Source: Candidatus Woesebacteria bacterium (GTDB lineage: Bacteria > Patescibacteriota > Microgenomatia > UBA1400 > PJMF01). Taken from it: a stretch of 64,000 nucleotides of DNA. The DNA is taken from positions 75 to 64,074 of the forward strand of contig JASFHL010000007.1 of assembly GCA_050123235.1 (NCBI GenBank). Reading direction: 5' to 3'. Positions within the stretch are counted from its first letter, which is position 1; each line of letters begins with the position of its first letter. Below are positions 28,884-38,547 of this stretch, one piece after another. The translations under genes were made by a program, and so were the position numbers. The notes below the pieces were generated by a model. It was given only the letters and a program-made list of their open reading frames with translations, had not been told where the DNA came from and did no database searches.

Positions 28884-30548
28884 ATGCCTTCAAATAAAAC
28901 CTCTAAAACTAAGGTAAAAACGAAAAAACGTAAAACTTCAACTAAAACTCGCAAAAAAAAGTCTATTTCAAAAGTAAAAAAGGGAACTAAAAAGACTTCT
29001 ATTGCATCATTTTGCCCTGATTGTGGTACAAAACTTACTAAGACTGCTAAATTTTGTTCAGGCTGTGGTGAGAAGATAGCAAGTATCACAAGTAATAGTG
29101 AAAAGAGTAGAAATAAGCAAACTTTTTCATTGTTTAAAACTGTAATTCACTACTTTGAACGGATAAAACAAATTGATCGGAAAGTTGCTATAGCTATCGT
29201 GGTTATGATAGGCATACTATGCATTGGCATAGGCCATAAGTTAGGTGTTACAGATAGAATCATAATTGCAACGAGACAATGTTCAATAACCAATTCATCA
29301 GAAAAAGCACTTAACTCAGTTGTAAAAATAACAACTGATATGAATAGTGGTAGTGGTTTTTTTGTTGACGAGACTCATATTGTTACGAATAACCATGTTA
29401 TGGAGGGTGTTAAAGAAGCTAATATCACGCTTGGAACAGGTAAACTGACGAAAGCTAAGATTATTGGTTCAGATGAAGAAGCCGATATTGCTGTTCTAGA
29501 AATTGATGATGAAATAAAACCAGAATATTTGAAATGGGCTGAAGTAAAAGAAAAAGTTGCATCGGATATTGTAGCTATAGGTTTTCCTTTAAGTGACGAA
29601 GAATCGCTTAAGGGTGATGCTACTGTTACCAAAGGGACTATTTCTGCATATCGTGATGGTCTATATGGTATTCAGTATATACAAACTGATACGAGCATAA
29701 ATCCCGGCAATAGCGGTGGACCATTGCTTAATGAATGTGGTGAAGTGATCGGAGTAAATGATTTATATTTTAATCCCATAGGAAGTGCAGATCCTATTTT
29801 TTATGCCATCAACACAAAGTCAGCTAAGAAGGCAGTTGAAAAAATTCTAAAAGATCCTTCATATTCTGAACCTGTAGGCACATTGCCAAGATTTGAGGAT
29901 AACATAGAGCCTACTGATGTTGTCATGGCTTATTATCAGGGTTTGACAGAGGGCAGCTACATGATGTCGTATCAACTATTTACTATTGGCCGTCAAAAGG
30001 AATGGAAACCTGAGGAATGGCAAAATTTGTTTACAAATGTTCTGTCTATTGAGGTAAAAAATATCCAACAAATATCTACTGATCCAGTAAAAGTAAAAGC
30101 TGAAATGGATTTATATACAACTGATGGAGTTAATCTTTTAGTTAAGACAGCAGATTCGATTTGGACATTAAAGTATTCTCTTGGAAGGCTGGCACTTGAT
30201 GATGTTGAAATAGAATATGGTGAAGAGAAAGCGATATTTAATCAAGATTACGAAGATGCAATTAGGTTTAACAAAAGTTTAGCCGATACAGTTTATCCGG
30301 CTATTTTAAATAAAGACATGTCCTATTATCCTCAGCAACAGGTTGTAATTATTAAAGCTTTGATTGAAGAAAATACTGAAATTATCAACAGGCTTTTTCA
30401 AAAGGTAACCAATGGTGAGCCTTTGGATGAGTCGGAATTTTATGATAATGATCTTTTTGTTTCCAATCATGATCAAATATTAGACATAAACAAGGAATTT
30501 GAAAGCATTGATTTACAGAATTATTATTTAAATTATTACTCTGAGTAG
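28884..30548 (+). CDS. membrane-anchored trypsin-like (S1/HtrA-fold) serine protease with N-terminal zinc ribbon and unknown C-terminal domain
   Basis: Polybasic N-terminus, then 'CPDCGTKLTKTAKFCSGCGEKI', then TM 'VAIAIVVMIGILCIGI'. Catalytic triad contexts 'THIVTNNHV', 'DIAVLEID' and 'GNSGGPLLN'. The C-terminal ~220-aa domain matches nothing I recognise. Confidence 0.65.
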   Translation: MPSNKTSKTKVKTKKRKTSTKTRKKKSISKVKKGTKKTSIASFCPDCGTKLTKTAKFCSGCGEKIASITSNSEKSRNKQTFSLFKTVIHYFERIKQIDRKVAIAIVVMIGILCIGIGHKLGVTDRIIIATRQCSITNSSEKALNSVVKITTDMNSGSGFFVDETHIVTNNHVMEGVKEANITLGTGKLTKAKIIGSDEEADIAVLEIDDEIKPEYLKWAEVKEKVASDIVAIGFPLSDEESLKGDATVTKGTISAYRDGLYGIQYIQTDTSINPGNSGGPLLNECGEVIGVNDLYFNPIGSADPIFYAINTKSAKKAVEKILKDPSYSEPVGTLPRFEDNIEPTDVVMAYYQGLTEGSYMMSYQLFTIGRQKEWKPEEWQNLFTNVLSIEVKNIQQISTDPVKVKAEMDLYTTDGVNLLVKTADSIWTLKYSLGRLALDDVEIEYGEEKAIFNQDYEDAIRFNKSLADTVYPAILNKDMSYYPQQQVVIIKALIEENTEIINRLFQKVTNGEPLDESEFYDNDLFVSNHDQILDINKEFESIDLQNYYLNYYSE

Positions 30549-30673
30549 TTAATATTATTTTGCTGTAGCTGCAAGTAAGTCTTCTTGACTATTTTTATCT
30601 TTTATTTATTTTTATTAGGTTAATAGATGATTATAGATTGTGTATTTTTTTGATGCATTAAGCTATACTAACA

Positions 30674-30889
30674 ATGTGGGAAGAAAAACAAGATTTAAGC
30701 AAATTTGTATTTGAATTACCAGGTAGATATTATGCTCAAGCAGATTGCTTAACTAGAGGTAGGTATAAAATAACTATATCTGTTTATGGTAAAAATGCGA
30801 AAAAAATAACCAGAAATTTTTTTATATCATGGTCGGGTAATTGGAAAGACAATACAAATGATATGTTTAAAGAGTTAGTTATTAAGTGA
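30674..30889 (+). CDS. hypothetical small protein
   Basis: 71-aa ORF. Confidence 0.25.
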   Translation: MWEEKQDLSKFVFELPGRYYAQADCLTRGRYKITISVYGKNAKKITRNFFISWSGNWKDNTNDMFKELVIK

Positions 30890-30930
30890 GAGGATATCTA
30901 TCATGATAATTTGGTATACTCTATTTTAGA

Positions 30931-31437
30931 ATGCTTAGCTTTTTTGGTACCAAATCCCCTCCAAAGTTTACTCCTAAAGATACTAAGGATACAAAAAAAT
31001 TGATGAAGTTTGTTAAGTGGTTTGTTAACAATACCTCTAATGGAAAACTTTTGATTGATGAAGTGTCACGGTCTATTTTTGCTAGTGGTATTAGACCTGT
31101 TTCTGGTACAAGGAATACACCAAATTTGCCTCCTGAATTGGATACTGATCCGTATTATTGGTTTTTAGAGAGAATTAGATTAAGCCTAATAATGATATCT
31201 GAGAGAGAAGAAAACGACGTTAATGGAGTTATTTCCTTGATGGAGGAAGAGCTTGCTAGACATACTGCTGAGCTTAAAAGTTTATGCGAACAATATGGTG
31301 TAGTGTTTGAAGGTACGGATGTTTTAGCTGAAATTGAAAAAATTAGTAATGATATTGATAGGAAATGGTTTAAAAGTAAGTTGTTAGATTTTCGTTTTTC
31401 AATTCTAGAGTTAGATATCATCAAAACACTTTATTAG
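30931..31437 (+). CDS. hypothetical protein
   Basis: 168-aa ORF, helical and acidic. Confidence 0.35.
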   Translation: MLSFFGTKSPPKFTPKDTKDTKKLMKFVKWFVNNTSNGKLLIDEVSRSIFASGIRPVSGTRNTPNLPPELDTDPYYWFLERIRLSLIMISEREENDVNGVISLMEEELARHTAELKSLCEQYGVVFEGTDVLAEIEKISNDIDRKWFKSKLLDFRFSILELDIIKTLY

Positions 31438-31549
31438 TGATGGTTTTATAGCTAGCTTTTACAATTACGATTTAACTTATAGTGACGTAATTTACTGCTT
31501 TTTTTGAGGTAAAATAGGTTCTAACTTTCTCCCACATTGTCAACAATAG

Positions 31550-31575
31550 AAAAAAGACCCACAAGTGGGTCTTTT
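31550..31575. terminator. bidirectional Rho-independent terminator between convergent genes
   Basis: AAAAAGACCCAC-aa-GTGGGTCTTTT, with a perfect 10-bp stem flanked by A and T runs. Confidence 0.65.
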
Positions 31576-31616
31576 AAGTATTCTTCCAAAACACTTTTTT
31601 ATCTAAGAACATTTTC

Positions 31617-32252
31617 TCACTTCCTAGTTATTTTAAAAGATGTACTTTGCTCCTTTTTTAAAATATGATCTCCTCTTTCTCTTAATAAAAGTCTGTGACT
31701 GGCTACATCAACTAATGGAGAACTAATCAGCCAGTCAGTATAAAAATTGGGAATTCTTTCTGATAGTACGCGATAGAGAGCTGTTAGATCATCTTTACTA
31801 ATTGAGCAGGCGATAGCTACAAAACAGCCACTTTTTTCTTTTAAACGTGATGTTGCCGTAACTAGTAAAGAAACAATTTTTTCTAAATCAGGCAAGTTAT
31901 GCAATTCATGAGCTTTCTTTGTTTTGAACTCTTTTTCAGTTAAAAATCTACCCCAGATAGGAGGAGCTTTCATAATAATATAATCAAAATAATGAAGAGG
32001 ATAATACTCTCCCAGCTTATAAGCATCACCAATGATATGATTTGGTCCATTGAATGTTCCTAGATCTACTGAATGATACTCACCACCACGCTCTCTGATA
32101 GGGAGCATCATCGATGATTGAGCATCTCCTGAAAAAAGTTCAAGTATGCATTTACCTCTTAGATCTTCTGGTAATTGAAGCCATTCTTTGACTGCTTTTT
32201 CTGCCACAGGTTCAGGATCTGGATACCACTTTATTCTTGGATCTTCTGACAT
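31617..32252 (-). CDS. SAM-dependent methyltransferase-like protein (amino-MTase motif order I then IV, atypical 'APPIW')
   Basis: 'ILELFSGDAQSS' is an FxGxG-like motif I. About 55 aa later, 'DYIIMKAPPIW' resembles (D/N/S)PP(Y/F/W) with Ala in the first position. Confidence 0.3.
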   Translation of the reverse strand: MSEDPRIKWYPDPEPVAEKAVKEWLQLPEDLRGKCILELFSGDAQSSMMLPIRERGGEYHSVDLGTFNGPNHIIGDAYKLGEYYPLHYFDYIIMKAPPIWGRFLTEKEFKTKKAHELHNLPDLEKIVSLLVTATSRLKEKSGCFVAIACSISKDDLTALYRVLSERIPNFYTDWLISSPLVDVASHRLLLRERGDHILKKEQSTSFKITRK

Positions 32253-32418
32253 AAAGATAGTTTATTACTAAGTCATCGCTTTTATCAAATGATGATTGGG
32301 ATCTTAGTATTGTTCAAAGTTTGGTCTTTGAGATAAGATTATTTAGAAAGATTTTAATCCATTTATCAAGTCAAACTTAGAAATAAACCTTAAGATAATC
32401 ATACTATATTTGGGATTT

Positions 32419-32775
32419 TTAATCTCCAAATAACAACTTTTTCCATTCCTGCCAAGGACTTTCTATCTCTATTGCGATTTTTTTATTCTCGTTTTTTGTC
32501 TCAGTAGGAATTTGGATAATATATTCTCCTGGACGTTGCATCAAAAGATCATTTCTTTGAATTTTTTCTTTTGTTAGAGGATAGTCTGCTTCTGCAATCT
32601 TATTTTCTAATTCTTGGATGTTTTCAGATTGTTTTTTGACTTCGTTTTGTAAAATTTCTACATTTTTCTGTGATTGATGGCTAATATTTTCAGTTTTCTT
32701 GAGGGAAAGAATAAAAGATAAGCTAAGAATGCTAAAAGCAATAAGAATAATTGGTTGTGATAGAAAACGATTCAT
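32419..32775 (-). CDS. membrane-anchored coiled-coil protein
   Basis: N-terminal TM followed by an E/K-rich heptad region. Confidence 0.35.
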   Translation of the reverse strand: MNRFLSQPIILIAFSILSLSFILSLKKTENISHQSQKNVEILQNEVKKQSENIQELENKIAEADYPLTKEKIQRNDLLMQRPGEYIIQIPTETKNENKKIAIEIESPWQEWKKLLFGD

Positions 32776-32919
32776 AATATATAATACTATTTGCTAAAAA
32801 GCCTTATTTATGATACTATAAGATAGTCGAGAAATAGATTTTTCGTTATCTGGTCACGAAATAACTGTTTTTAGACTAATTTTGTATTTAATTGTAATAA
32901 TATCTAAGATAAACAAAAT

Positions 32920-33789
32920 ATGTCAATTACTTTAACTGACGCACAAGTTAAATTTAAGCAACACCTAGAAGAGTCTGGAAAGGCTCATGCCACGGTGATT
33001 GCTTACAGTAAAGATATAGAACAATTAGTAGAGTTCTTAAATAAAGGAGGCAAACTTCAAGCTGAAGAAGTACTTGCCGATAATATTGATGATTTTAAAG
33101 AACTCTTAAAAAAGCAACGCTATACCAGTAAGTCTATTTCAAGAAAAATCAATTCAATCAAAGCCTTTTTTAGATATTTAGTTAATCAAGGTTTGGTAGA
33201 AAGCAATCCTGCTAAGGTAATTTCTCATCCTAAGTTTGAACAAAGCTTACCTAGAGTTTTATCAAAGGTTGAATATCGAGCTTTAAGAGATGCCTGTAGG
33301 GGTGATGTGCGTATTGCTGCAATCGTAGAGTTATTATTGCAAACTGGAATGAGAATTAGTGAATTAGCTAATTTAAAGCTCCAGGAACTTGATTTAGAAA
33401 GAAATGTGATTAATATTGTTGCTCAGAATTCTAGAGATGCTAGAAAAGTGCCTATCAATAAAGCAGCCAAGAATGCTTTGATGGATTATTTGAAAATTAG
33501 GCCAAGAGCTAGAGAAAAGACTATTTTTTTAACCAAAACTTGTCGACCTTTTTTGGTTAGAAATATTCGTACTGCAATTGACAGGTATTTTAGATTAGCT
33601 GGAATCAAAGGTGCTAAAGTTAATGACTTAAGACATACCTTTATTGTTGAACAACTTAAGGCCGGTACTCCATTGGTTTATATTTCCCAATTAGTGGGCC
33701 ACAAAAGAATTACTACTACTGAAAAATACCTTAAATTGGTTGAGCAAAATGATGAGTTGAGTCCAACTGTACAGATAGAGGAATTGTAA
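32920..33789 (+). CDS. tyrosine recombinase, XerC/XerD family
   Basis: N-terminal core-binding domain. Catalytic region 'TGMRISELANL', 'DLRHTF' and 'VGHKRITTTEKY' matches the R...HxxR...Y pattern. Confidence 0.75.
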   Translation: MSITLTDAQVKFKQHLEESGKAHATVIAYSKDIEQLVEFLNKGGKLQAEEVLADNIDDFKELLKKQRYTSKSISRKINSIKAFFRYLVNQGLVESNPAKVISHPKFEQSLPRVLSKVEYRALRDACRGDVRIAAIVELLLQTGMRISELANLKLQELDLERNVINIVAQNSRDARKVPINKAAKNALMDYLKIRPRAREKTIFLTKTCRPFLVRNIRTAIDRYFRLAGIKGAKVNDLRHTFIVEQLKAGTPLVYISQLVGHKRITTTEKYLKLVEQNDELSPTVQIEEL

Positions 33790-33929
33790 ATTGTAATTTG
33801 ACAAAATAATTTTTTGTGTAAAAATATAAAAGATATGAAATATAACAATCAAAGCACTAACAACAGTTGGTGGAGTTCCCTCAGCTAAAAGGGAGTCTGA
33901 TTGTATTGTTTTAAAAATAAATAGAGATT

Positions 33930-33952
33930 GAGCTCCCAAAAGGGAGTTTTTT
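33930..33952 (+). terminator. Rho-independent terminator after the xer-like gene / in the trpS leader
   Basis: GAGCTCCC-aaaa-GGGAG followed by TTTTTT. Confidence 0.55.
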
Positions 33953-34053
33953 AGTGCCTCAATAGCTCACTGCACTAAAAAGTAGAATCTTTAAAGAATT
34001 ACTCAGAGGAGAATCAATTTTATTTTGTTATTATATTAATAAGGAGAAAATTT

Positions 34054-35082
34054 ATGAAAAATAATAAAGTTATTTTAACTGGTATCACCCCTTCAGGCAC
34101 GGGTGAAGTTCATATTGGCAATTATTTCGGAGCCGTAGTTCCTTTTTTTGAATTGCAAAAGAATGCAACTAGAGTTTATTTTTTTATTGCAGATTTACAT
34201 GCTTTAACCACCATTAAAAATAAAAAACAATTACAAAGAAATGTAGAAAATTTATTACTCTCTTACTTATCTTTTGGTATAGATCCTGACAAAGTATTTT
34301 TTTATCGACAGTCAGATATCCCACTTCACACGGAATTGCAAAGTATTCTGAATAATGTCACTCCCATTGGTTTGGTCAAAAGATGTCATGCTTATAAAGA
34401 CAAATTGCAAAAAGGTTTTGATCCTGAAAAAGTAAATATGGGTTTGTTCAGTTATCCAGTCTTAATGGCGGCTGACATTTTGCTCTATGATGCTGATTAT
34501 GTCCCAGTAGGTGAAGACCAAAAACAGCATATTGAGGTTACTAGAGATATTGCAGAGAGTTTTAATAAAACTTTTGGCAAAACCTTTAAGTTGCCAGATA
34601 TTTACAACGTTAAAGAAACTGCACGATTGCTAGGCACTGATGGCAAACGTAAAATGAGTAAGAGTCTAGGTAATTATATTTCTATTTTTGATGATGAGAA
34701 AGTTATTAGGAAGCAAATAATGGCTTGTTTCACAGATCCAGATAGATTGCGCTCAACTGATCCTGGACAGGTGGAAGGAAATCCTGTTTTCATTTACCAT
34801 AATCTGATCAATGAAAATAAAAATGAAGTTACAGATTTAAAAGATCGATATAGACAGGGTAAGGTTGGCGATGTAGAGGTCAAAGAGAAATTGTTTAAAG
34901 CTTTATTAAAGAGATTTAAAAAAGAACGAGAGCTTTACCAAAAATTGAAAAATGATCCCAAAAGAATCAAGGAAATTTTGCAACAAGGAACAAAAAAAGT
35001 CAGAAAACAGGCGGTAAAAAAGATGACTTTGGTAAGAGAAAAAATTGGAATCACTAATCAGTATTCATTTTTTGAGTATTAA
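34054..35082 (+). CDS. trpS: tryptophanyl-tRNA synthetase
   Basis: HIGH-type motif 'GEVHIGNY' and 'KMSKS'. Length 342 aa. Confidence 0.9.
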   Translation: MKNNKVILTGITPSGTGEVHIGNYFGAVVPFFELQKNATRVYFFIADLHALTTIKNKKQLQRNVENLLLSYLSFGIDPDKVFFYRQSDIPLHTELQSILNNVTPIGLVKRCHAYKDKLQKGFDPEKVNMGLFSYPVLMAADILLYDADYVPVGEDQKQHIEVTRDIAESFNKTFGKTFKLPDIYNVKETARLLGTDGKRKMSKSLGNYISIFDDEKVIRKQIMACFTDPDRLRSTDPGQVEGNPVFIYHNLINENKNEVTDLKDRYRQGKVGDVEVKEKLFKALLKRFKKERELYQKLKNDPKRIKEILQQGTKKVRKQAVKKMTLVREKIGITNQYSFFEY

Positions 35083-35094
35083 AGAAAGGTCATC

Positions 35095-35430
35095 ATGAAA
35101 GATATTATCACTTATCAAGATTTTGACAAATTAGATTTGCGTGTCGGTAAGATAATTGCTGCCACTGAGCCGGACTGGAGTGAAAAAATGTTAGAATTCA
35201 AGGTAGATTTTGGATCAGATATTGGTGAGCGTATAATTTTAGCAGGCATGAAAAAGTGGCATCAAGCAACAGAGTTTGTTGGTAAGAATTATCTATTTAT
35301 TGTTAATTTGGCAGAACGGAAAATAGGTCCTGCTGTTAGCCAAGGCATGATGTTGGCGATTGATGATGGAGAAAAACCAGTTTTATTTGAAATTAATCAG
35401 TCAGTTGAACCTGGTTCAATTGTTAGATAG
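35095..35430 (+). CDS. tRNA-binding protein (Trbp111/CsaA/EMAP-like OB-fold domain)
   Basis: 'LDLRVGKIIAA...KMLEFKVDFG...LIVNLAERKIGP...SQGMMLA' is the classic Myf/tRNA-binding domain. Confidence 0.7.
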   Translation: MKDIITYQDFDKLDLRVGKIIAATEPDWSEKMLEFKVDFGSDIGERIILAGMKKWHQATEFVGKNYLFIVNLAERKIGPAVSQGMMLAIDDGEKPVLFEINQSVEPGSIVR

Positions 35431-35538
35431 TTGAAATCATCTCTTTTTTTACACAGCTTGAATAGAGGGTTTAAAACCCGAAGTTGAATGAGAGGCTTAT
35501 TAAAAAAGCCTTTACTACATGATAGAATATAGCTTCAT

Positions 35539-37485
35539 ATGGCAAAAAAGATACAAAAAGATTCCAAAGAGATTGAAAAAAAAGAGCCTCAGATTAATCA
35601 AAAAGCTCAATTAAGTAAAAAGAAACTTCCCAAAAATTTAAAAATTCGTAGAGTTGAAGTGAATGTTAACTTAAATAAGTTCTTAAATAAAGGTTTGATC
35701 TATATTATCATCGCCCTTTTGTTTTTTCCTTTTTTTATTTCTTTATTTAAAAACGGTCGCGATGATCAAATCACTTTAAGTCAACTAGTCAAAGATATTA
35801 GAGAAGAAAAAGTTGAAAAATTGGAAGTAGCTGGCCCAGAATTAAGAGTTGTTTACAAAGATTTTAGCCGTAAGTTTGCTCGTAAAGAGGACGGTCAACA
35901 AGCCTTATTTATTTTAGAATCAGCTGGCATCGATTTAGCTGAGATTGATTTAGAAGTGCAAAACATTAGCTACGGCCAGATGCTTTTCGAGTTAGCGATT
36001 AATGTTTTGCCTATTGTTCTGATGATTATTTTTTTCCTCTTCATTTTTCGTCAAGCTAAAGGAGGTGCTGGTGGTGGCCTATGGGGCATTGGTAAAAGCA
36101 AAGCTAAAGTTTTTATCAAAGGAAAGCAAGATTCTAAATTTAAAGATGTCGGCGGTATGAAGGAAGCTAAACAAGAGCTTGAGGAAGTGGTCGACTTTTT
36201 AAAACACCCTAGGAAATATCGTAAAGTTGGAGCTAGAACACCAAAAGGTGTTTTGTTGGTTGGTCCTTCTGGAACTGGTAAAACTTTACTTGCCAGAGCA
36301 GTGGCTGGTGAAGCCAATGTTCAATTCTTATCAATTGCTGGTAGTGAATTTATGGAAATGTTGGTTGGTGTTGGTGCTTCTAGAGTGAGGGATCTTTTTG
36401 CCACTGCTAAAAAATTAGCACCTTCAATTATTTTTATTGACGAAATTGACGCTATCGGTCGGATGAGAGGTCATGGCCTATCAGGTGGCCATGATGAAAG
36501 AGAACAAACCTTAAATCAGATTCTGGTCGAGATGGATGGTTTTACACCTCATGATAATGTGATTGTGATGGCAGCAACTAATAGGGGTGATATGCTTGAT
36601 CCAGCTTTGATCCGTCCAGGACGTTTTGATCGTAGAGTAGTGCTGCGTTTACCAGATTTAGAAGAAAGAAAATTCATTTTAGAGATTCATGCTAAAGGCA
36701 AACCTTTAGCCACAAAAGTAGATTTAAATAAAGTAGCTAAACGCACTGTTGGTTTTTCTGGTGCAGATATTGAAAATATGTTAAATGAAGCAGCAATTGC
36801 CATTGCCAGGGCTAATAAACTTAAGATTAGCATGGATGACATAGAAGAAGCTTCTTTGAAGGTAAAGCTAGGGCCAAGTAAAAAACGTTTGCAGGATGAT
36901 TACGAAAGAAGTATGACTGCTTATCATGAAGCCGGACATGCTGTGATTGCCCATGTTTTGCCTAATGCTGATCCTGTTCATAGAATTTCTATTGTATCTA
37001 GGGGTCATTCTTTGGGTTATACGCTTACTCCCCCTGAAAAAGATAAACTGCAGACTACCAAGTCAGAATTATTAGATAGAATTGCAGTACTCTTGGGTGG
37101 TCGTGTTGCTGAACAGATGATTTTTAATGAACAAACTGCTGGAGCAAGCAATGATATTGATCGAGCTACTAGGATTGCTAGATCAATGGTGGTTGAGTTT
37201 GGGATGAGTGATTTAGGTCCGATGCACTTTGGCCCACAATATGAAGTTTCTAATTACTCTCGCGCTTTTGGTGAGCCTCACAAGATTTCTGATAATTTAC
37301 AAAATAAAGTTGATGCTGAAATAGCTAAAATTATTAGTAAAGCTAAACAAGAGGCTAGTAAAATTTTGAAAAAGTATAAAAAACAACTTGATAAAGTTTC
37401 TGCTAAACTTCTGGATGTAGAAACTTTAGATGCTGATGAGTTTAAGGAATTAATGGGCATTGAGAAGACTAAAAATAAGAGGTAG
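35539..37485 (+). CDS. ftsH: ATP-dependent zinc metalloprotease FtsH
   Basis: Walker A '[18 protein letters not shown]', second region of homology, and zinc site 'HEAGHAV'. Confidence 0.9.
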   Translation: MAKKIQKDSKEIEKKEPQINQKAQLSKKKLPKNLKIRRVEVNVNLNKFLNKGLIYIIIALLFFPFFISLFKNGRDDQITLSQLVKDIREEKVEKLEVAGPELRVVYKDFSRKFARKEDGQQALFILESAGIDLAEIDLEVQNISYGQMLFELAINVLPIVLMIIFFLFIFRQAKGGAGGGLWGIGKSKAKVFIKGKQDSKFKDVGGMKEAKQELEEVVDFLKHPRKYRKVGARTPKGVLLVGPSGTGKTLLARAVAGEANVQFLSIAGSEFMEMLVGVGASRVRDLFATAKKLAPSIIFIDEIDAIGRMRGHGLSGGHDEREQTLNQILVEMDGFTPHDNVIVMAATNRGDMLDPALIRPGRFDRRVVLRLPDLEERKFILEIHAKGKPLATKVDLNKVAKRTVGFSGADIENMLNEAAIAIARANKLKISMDDIEEASLKVKLGPSKKRLQDDYERSMTAYHEAGHAVIAHVLPNADPVHRISIVSRGHSLGYTLTPPEKDKLQTTKSELLDRIAVLLGGRVAEQMIFNEQTAGASNDIDRATRIARSMVVEFGMSDLGPMHFGPQYEVSNYSRAFGEPHKISDNLQNKVDAEIAKIISKAKQEASKILKKYKKQLDKVSAKLLDVETLDADEFKELMGIEKTKNKR

Positions 37486-37509
37486 GTGAGTTAATGTTAA
37501 AATAGTTTT

Positions 37510-38541
37510 ATGAAACGGCAACACAATTTTCTCCTGATTGATGCTCATGCTGTTATCTACCGAGCTTTTTATGCCTTTCCCAAACAATTAACCGATCCTC
37601 AAGGGCAAATGGTCAATGCTGTCTATGGTTTTTCTAGAATTATTCTCACTGCCATCCGCAAATTTGAACCTGAATACATGGCGATTGCCTTTGATCATCC
37701 TAAGCCTACTTTTAGACATAAAGAATTTGATGCGTATAAAGCTCATCGGCCAGAAATGCCTGACGAGCTCAAGCCACAGATTGAGATAATCAAAAAGGTA
37801 GTGGAAGCTCTTAATATTCCTCAATATGAGATAGAAGGTTATGAGGCTGATGATTTAATTGGGACCATCAGTTTGCAGATAGATCAAGCAGTGGCTGCTA
37901 AAAACAAAAAAGCAAATTCAAAGCCAGCAGCTTTAAAAACTCTTTTATCACTTTTGACAATTATTGTGACAGGAGACCATGATACTTTTCAGCTAGTAGA
38001 TCAGAACACTCATGTTTGGTTGCCAGGCAGAGGAAAAAGACAACAGGATACAGAATATGATGCAGAAAAAGTAGAGGAGAAAATTGGGCTTAGACCAGAA
38101 CAAGTAATTGACCTAAAAGCGCTCATGGGAGATCCCTCAGATAACATTCCTGGTATTAAGGGCGTTGGGCCTAAGACTGCTGTAAAATTGATCAAGGAAT
38201 TTGGCAATATAGAAGAAATTTATCAGTTTATTGAAAATATGACTGATTATGGTCAAGTTAAGAAAGCTAAAAAGGCTAAGTCCGATAAAGCTACTCCAGC
38301 TTTCCTTAAAGGTTCCTTACTAAAAAAATTAAAAATAGGTAAAGAAGACGCTTTTTTAAGTAAGAAATTGGCAACAATTGATAGTCATGTCCCTCTGAAA
38401 TTCGATTTAGAAACCTGCAGAGTAAGCAGTTATGATAAAACCAAAGCAGTGGCTATATTTAAAAAATTAGATTTTAAATCTCTGATTCGTCTTTTACCAG
38501 ATGATGCTTTTGAAAGAGATTTACAAGAAGCATTATTTTAA
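37510..38541 (+). CDS. stand-alone 5'-3' exonuclease / flap endonuclease (Pol I N-terminal domain homologue)
   Basis: 'LLIDAHAVIYRAFYAF', acidic clusters, and H3TH 'GIKGVGPKTAVKLIKEFG'. No polymerase domain. Confidence 0.8.
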   Translation: MKRQHNFLLIDAHAVIYRAFYAFPKQLTDPQGQMVNAVYGFSRIILTAIRKFEPEYMAIAFDHPKPTFRHKEFDAYKAHRPEMPDELKPQIEIIKKVVEALNIPQYEIEGYEADDLIGTISLQIDQAVAAKNKKANSKPAALKTLLSLLTIIVTGDHDTFQLVDQNTHVWLPGRGKRQQDTEYDAEKVEEKIGLRPEQVIDLKALMGDPSDNIPGIKGVGPKTAVKLIKEFGNIEEIYQFIENMTDYGQVKKAKKAKSDKATPAFLKGSLLKKLKIGKEDAFLSKKLATIDSHVPLKFDLETCRVSSYDKTKAVAIFKKLDFKSLIRLLPDDAFERDLQEALF

Positions 38542-38547
38542 ATCAAT

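Larger units (their letters stand above)
25358..32300. mobile_element. putative integrated element next to tRNA-Met (serine recombinase plus cargo)
   Basis: tRNA and tRNA-like sequences at the left edge with the recombinase immediately adjacent. Cargo includes small ORFs, a protease, a methyltransferase-like gene and two terminators. The right boundary was not identified. Confidence 0.4.

Noticed and set aside
33790-34053. T-box riboswitch upstream of trpS
   Set aside because: The conserved T-box sequence and specifier-loop architecture are not discernible. Only a terminator hairpin is clear.
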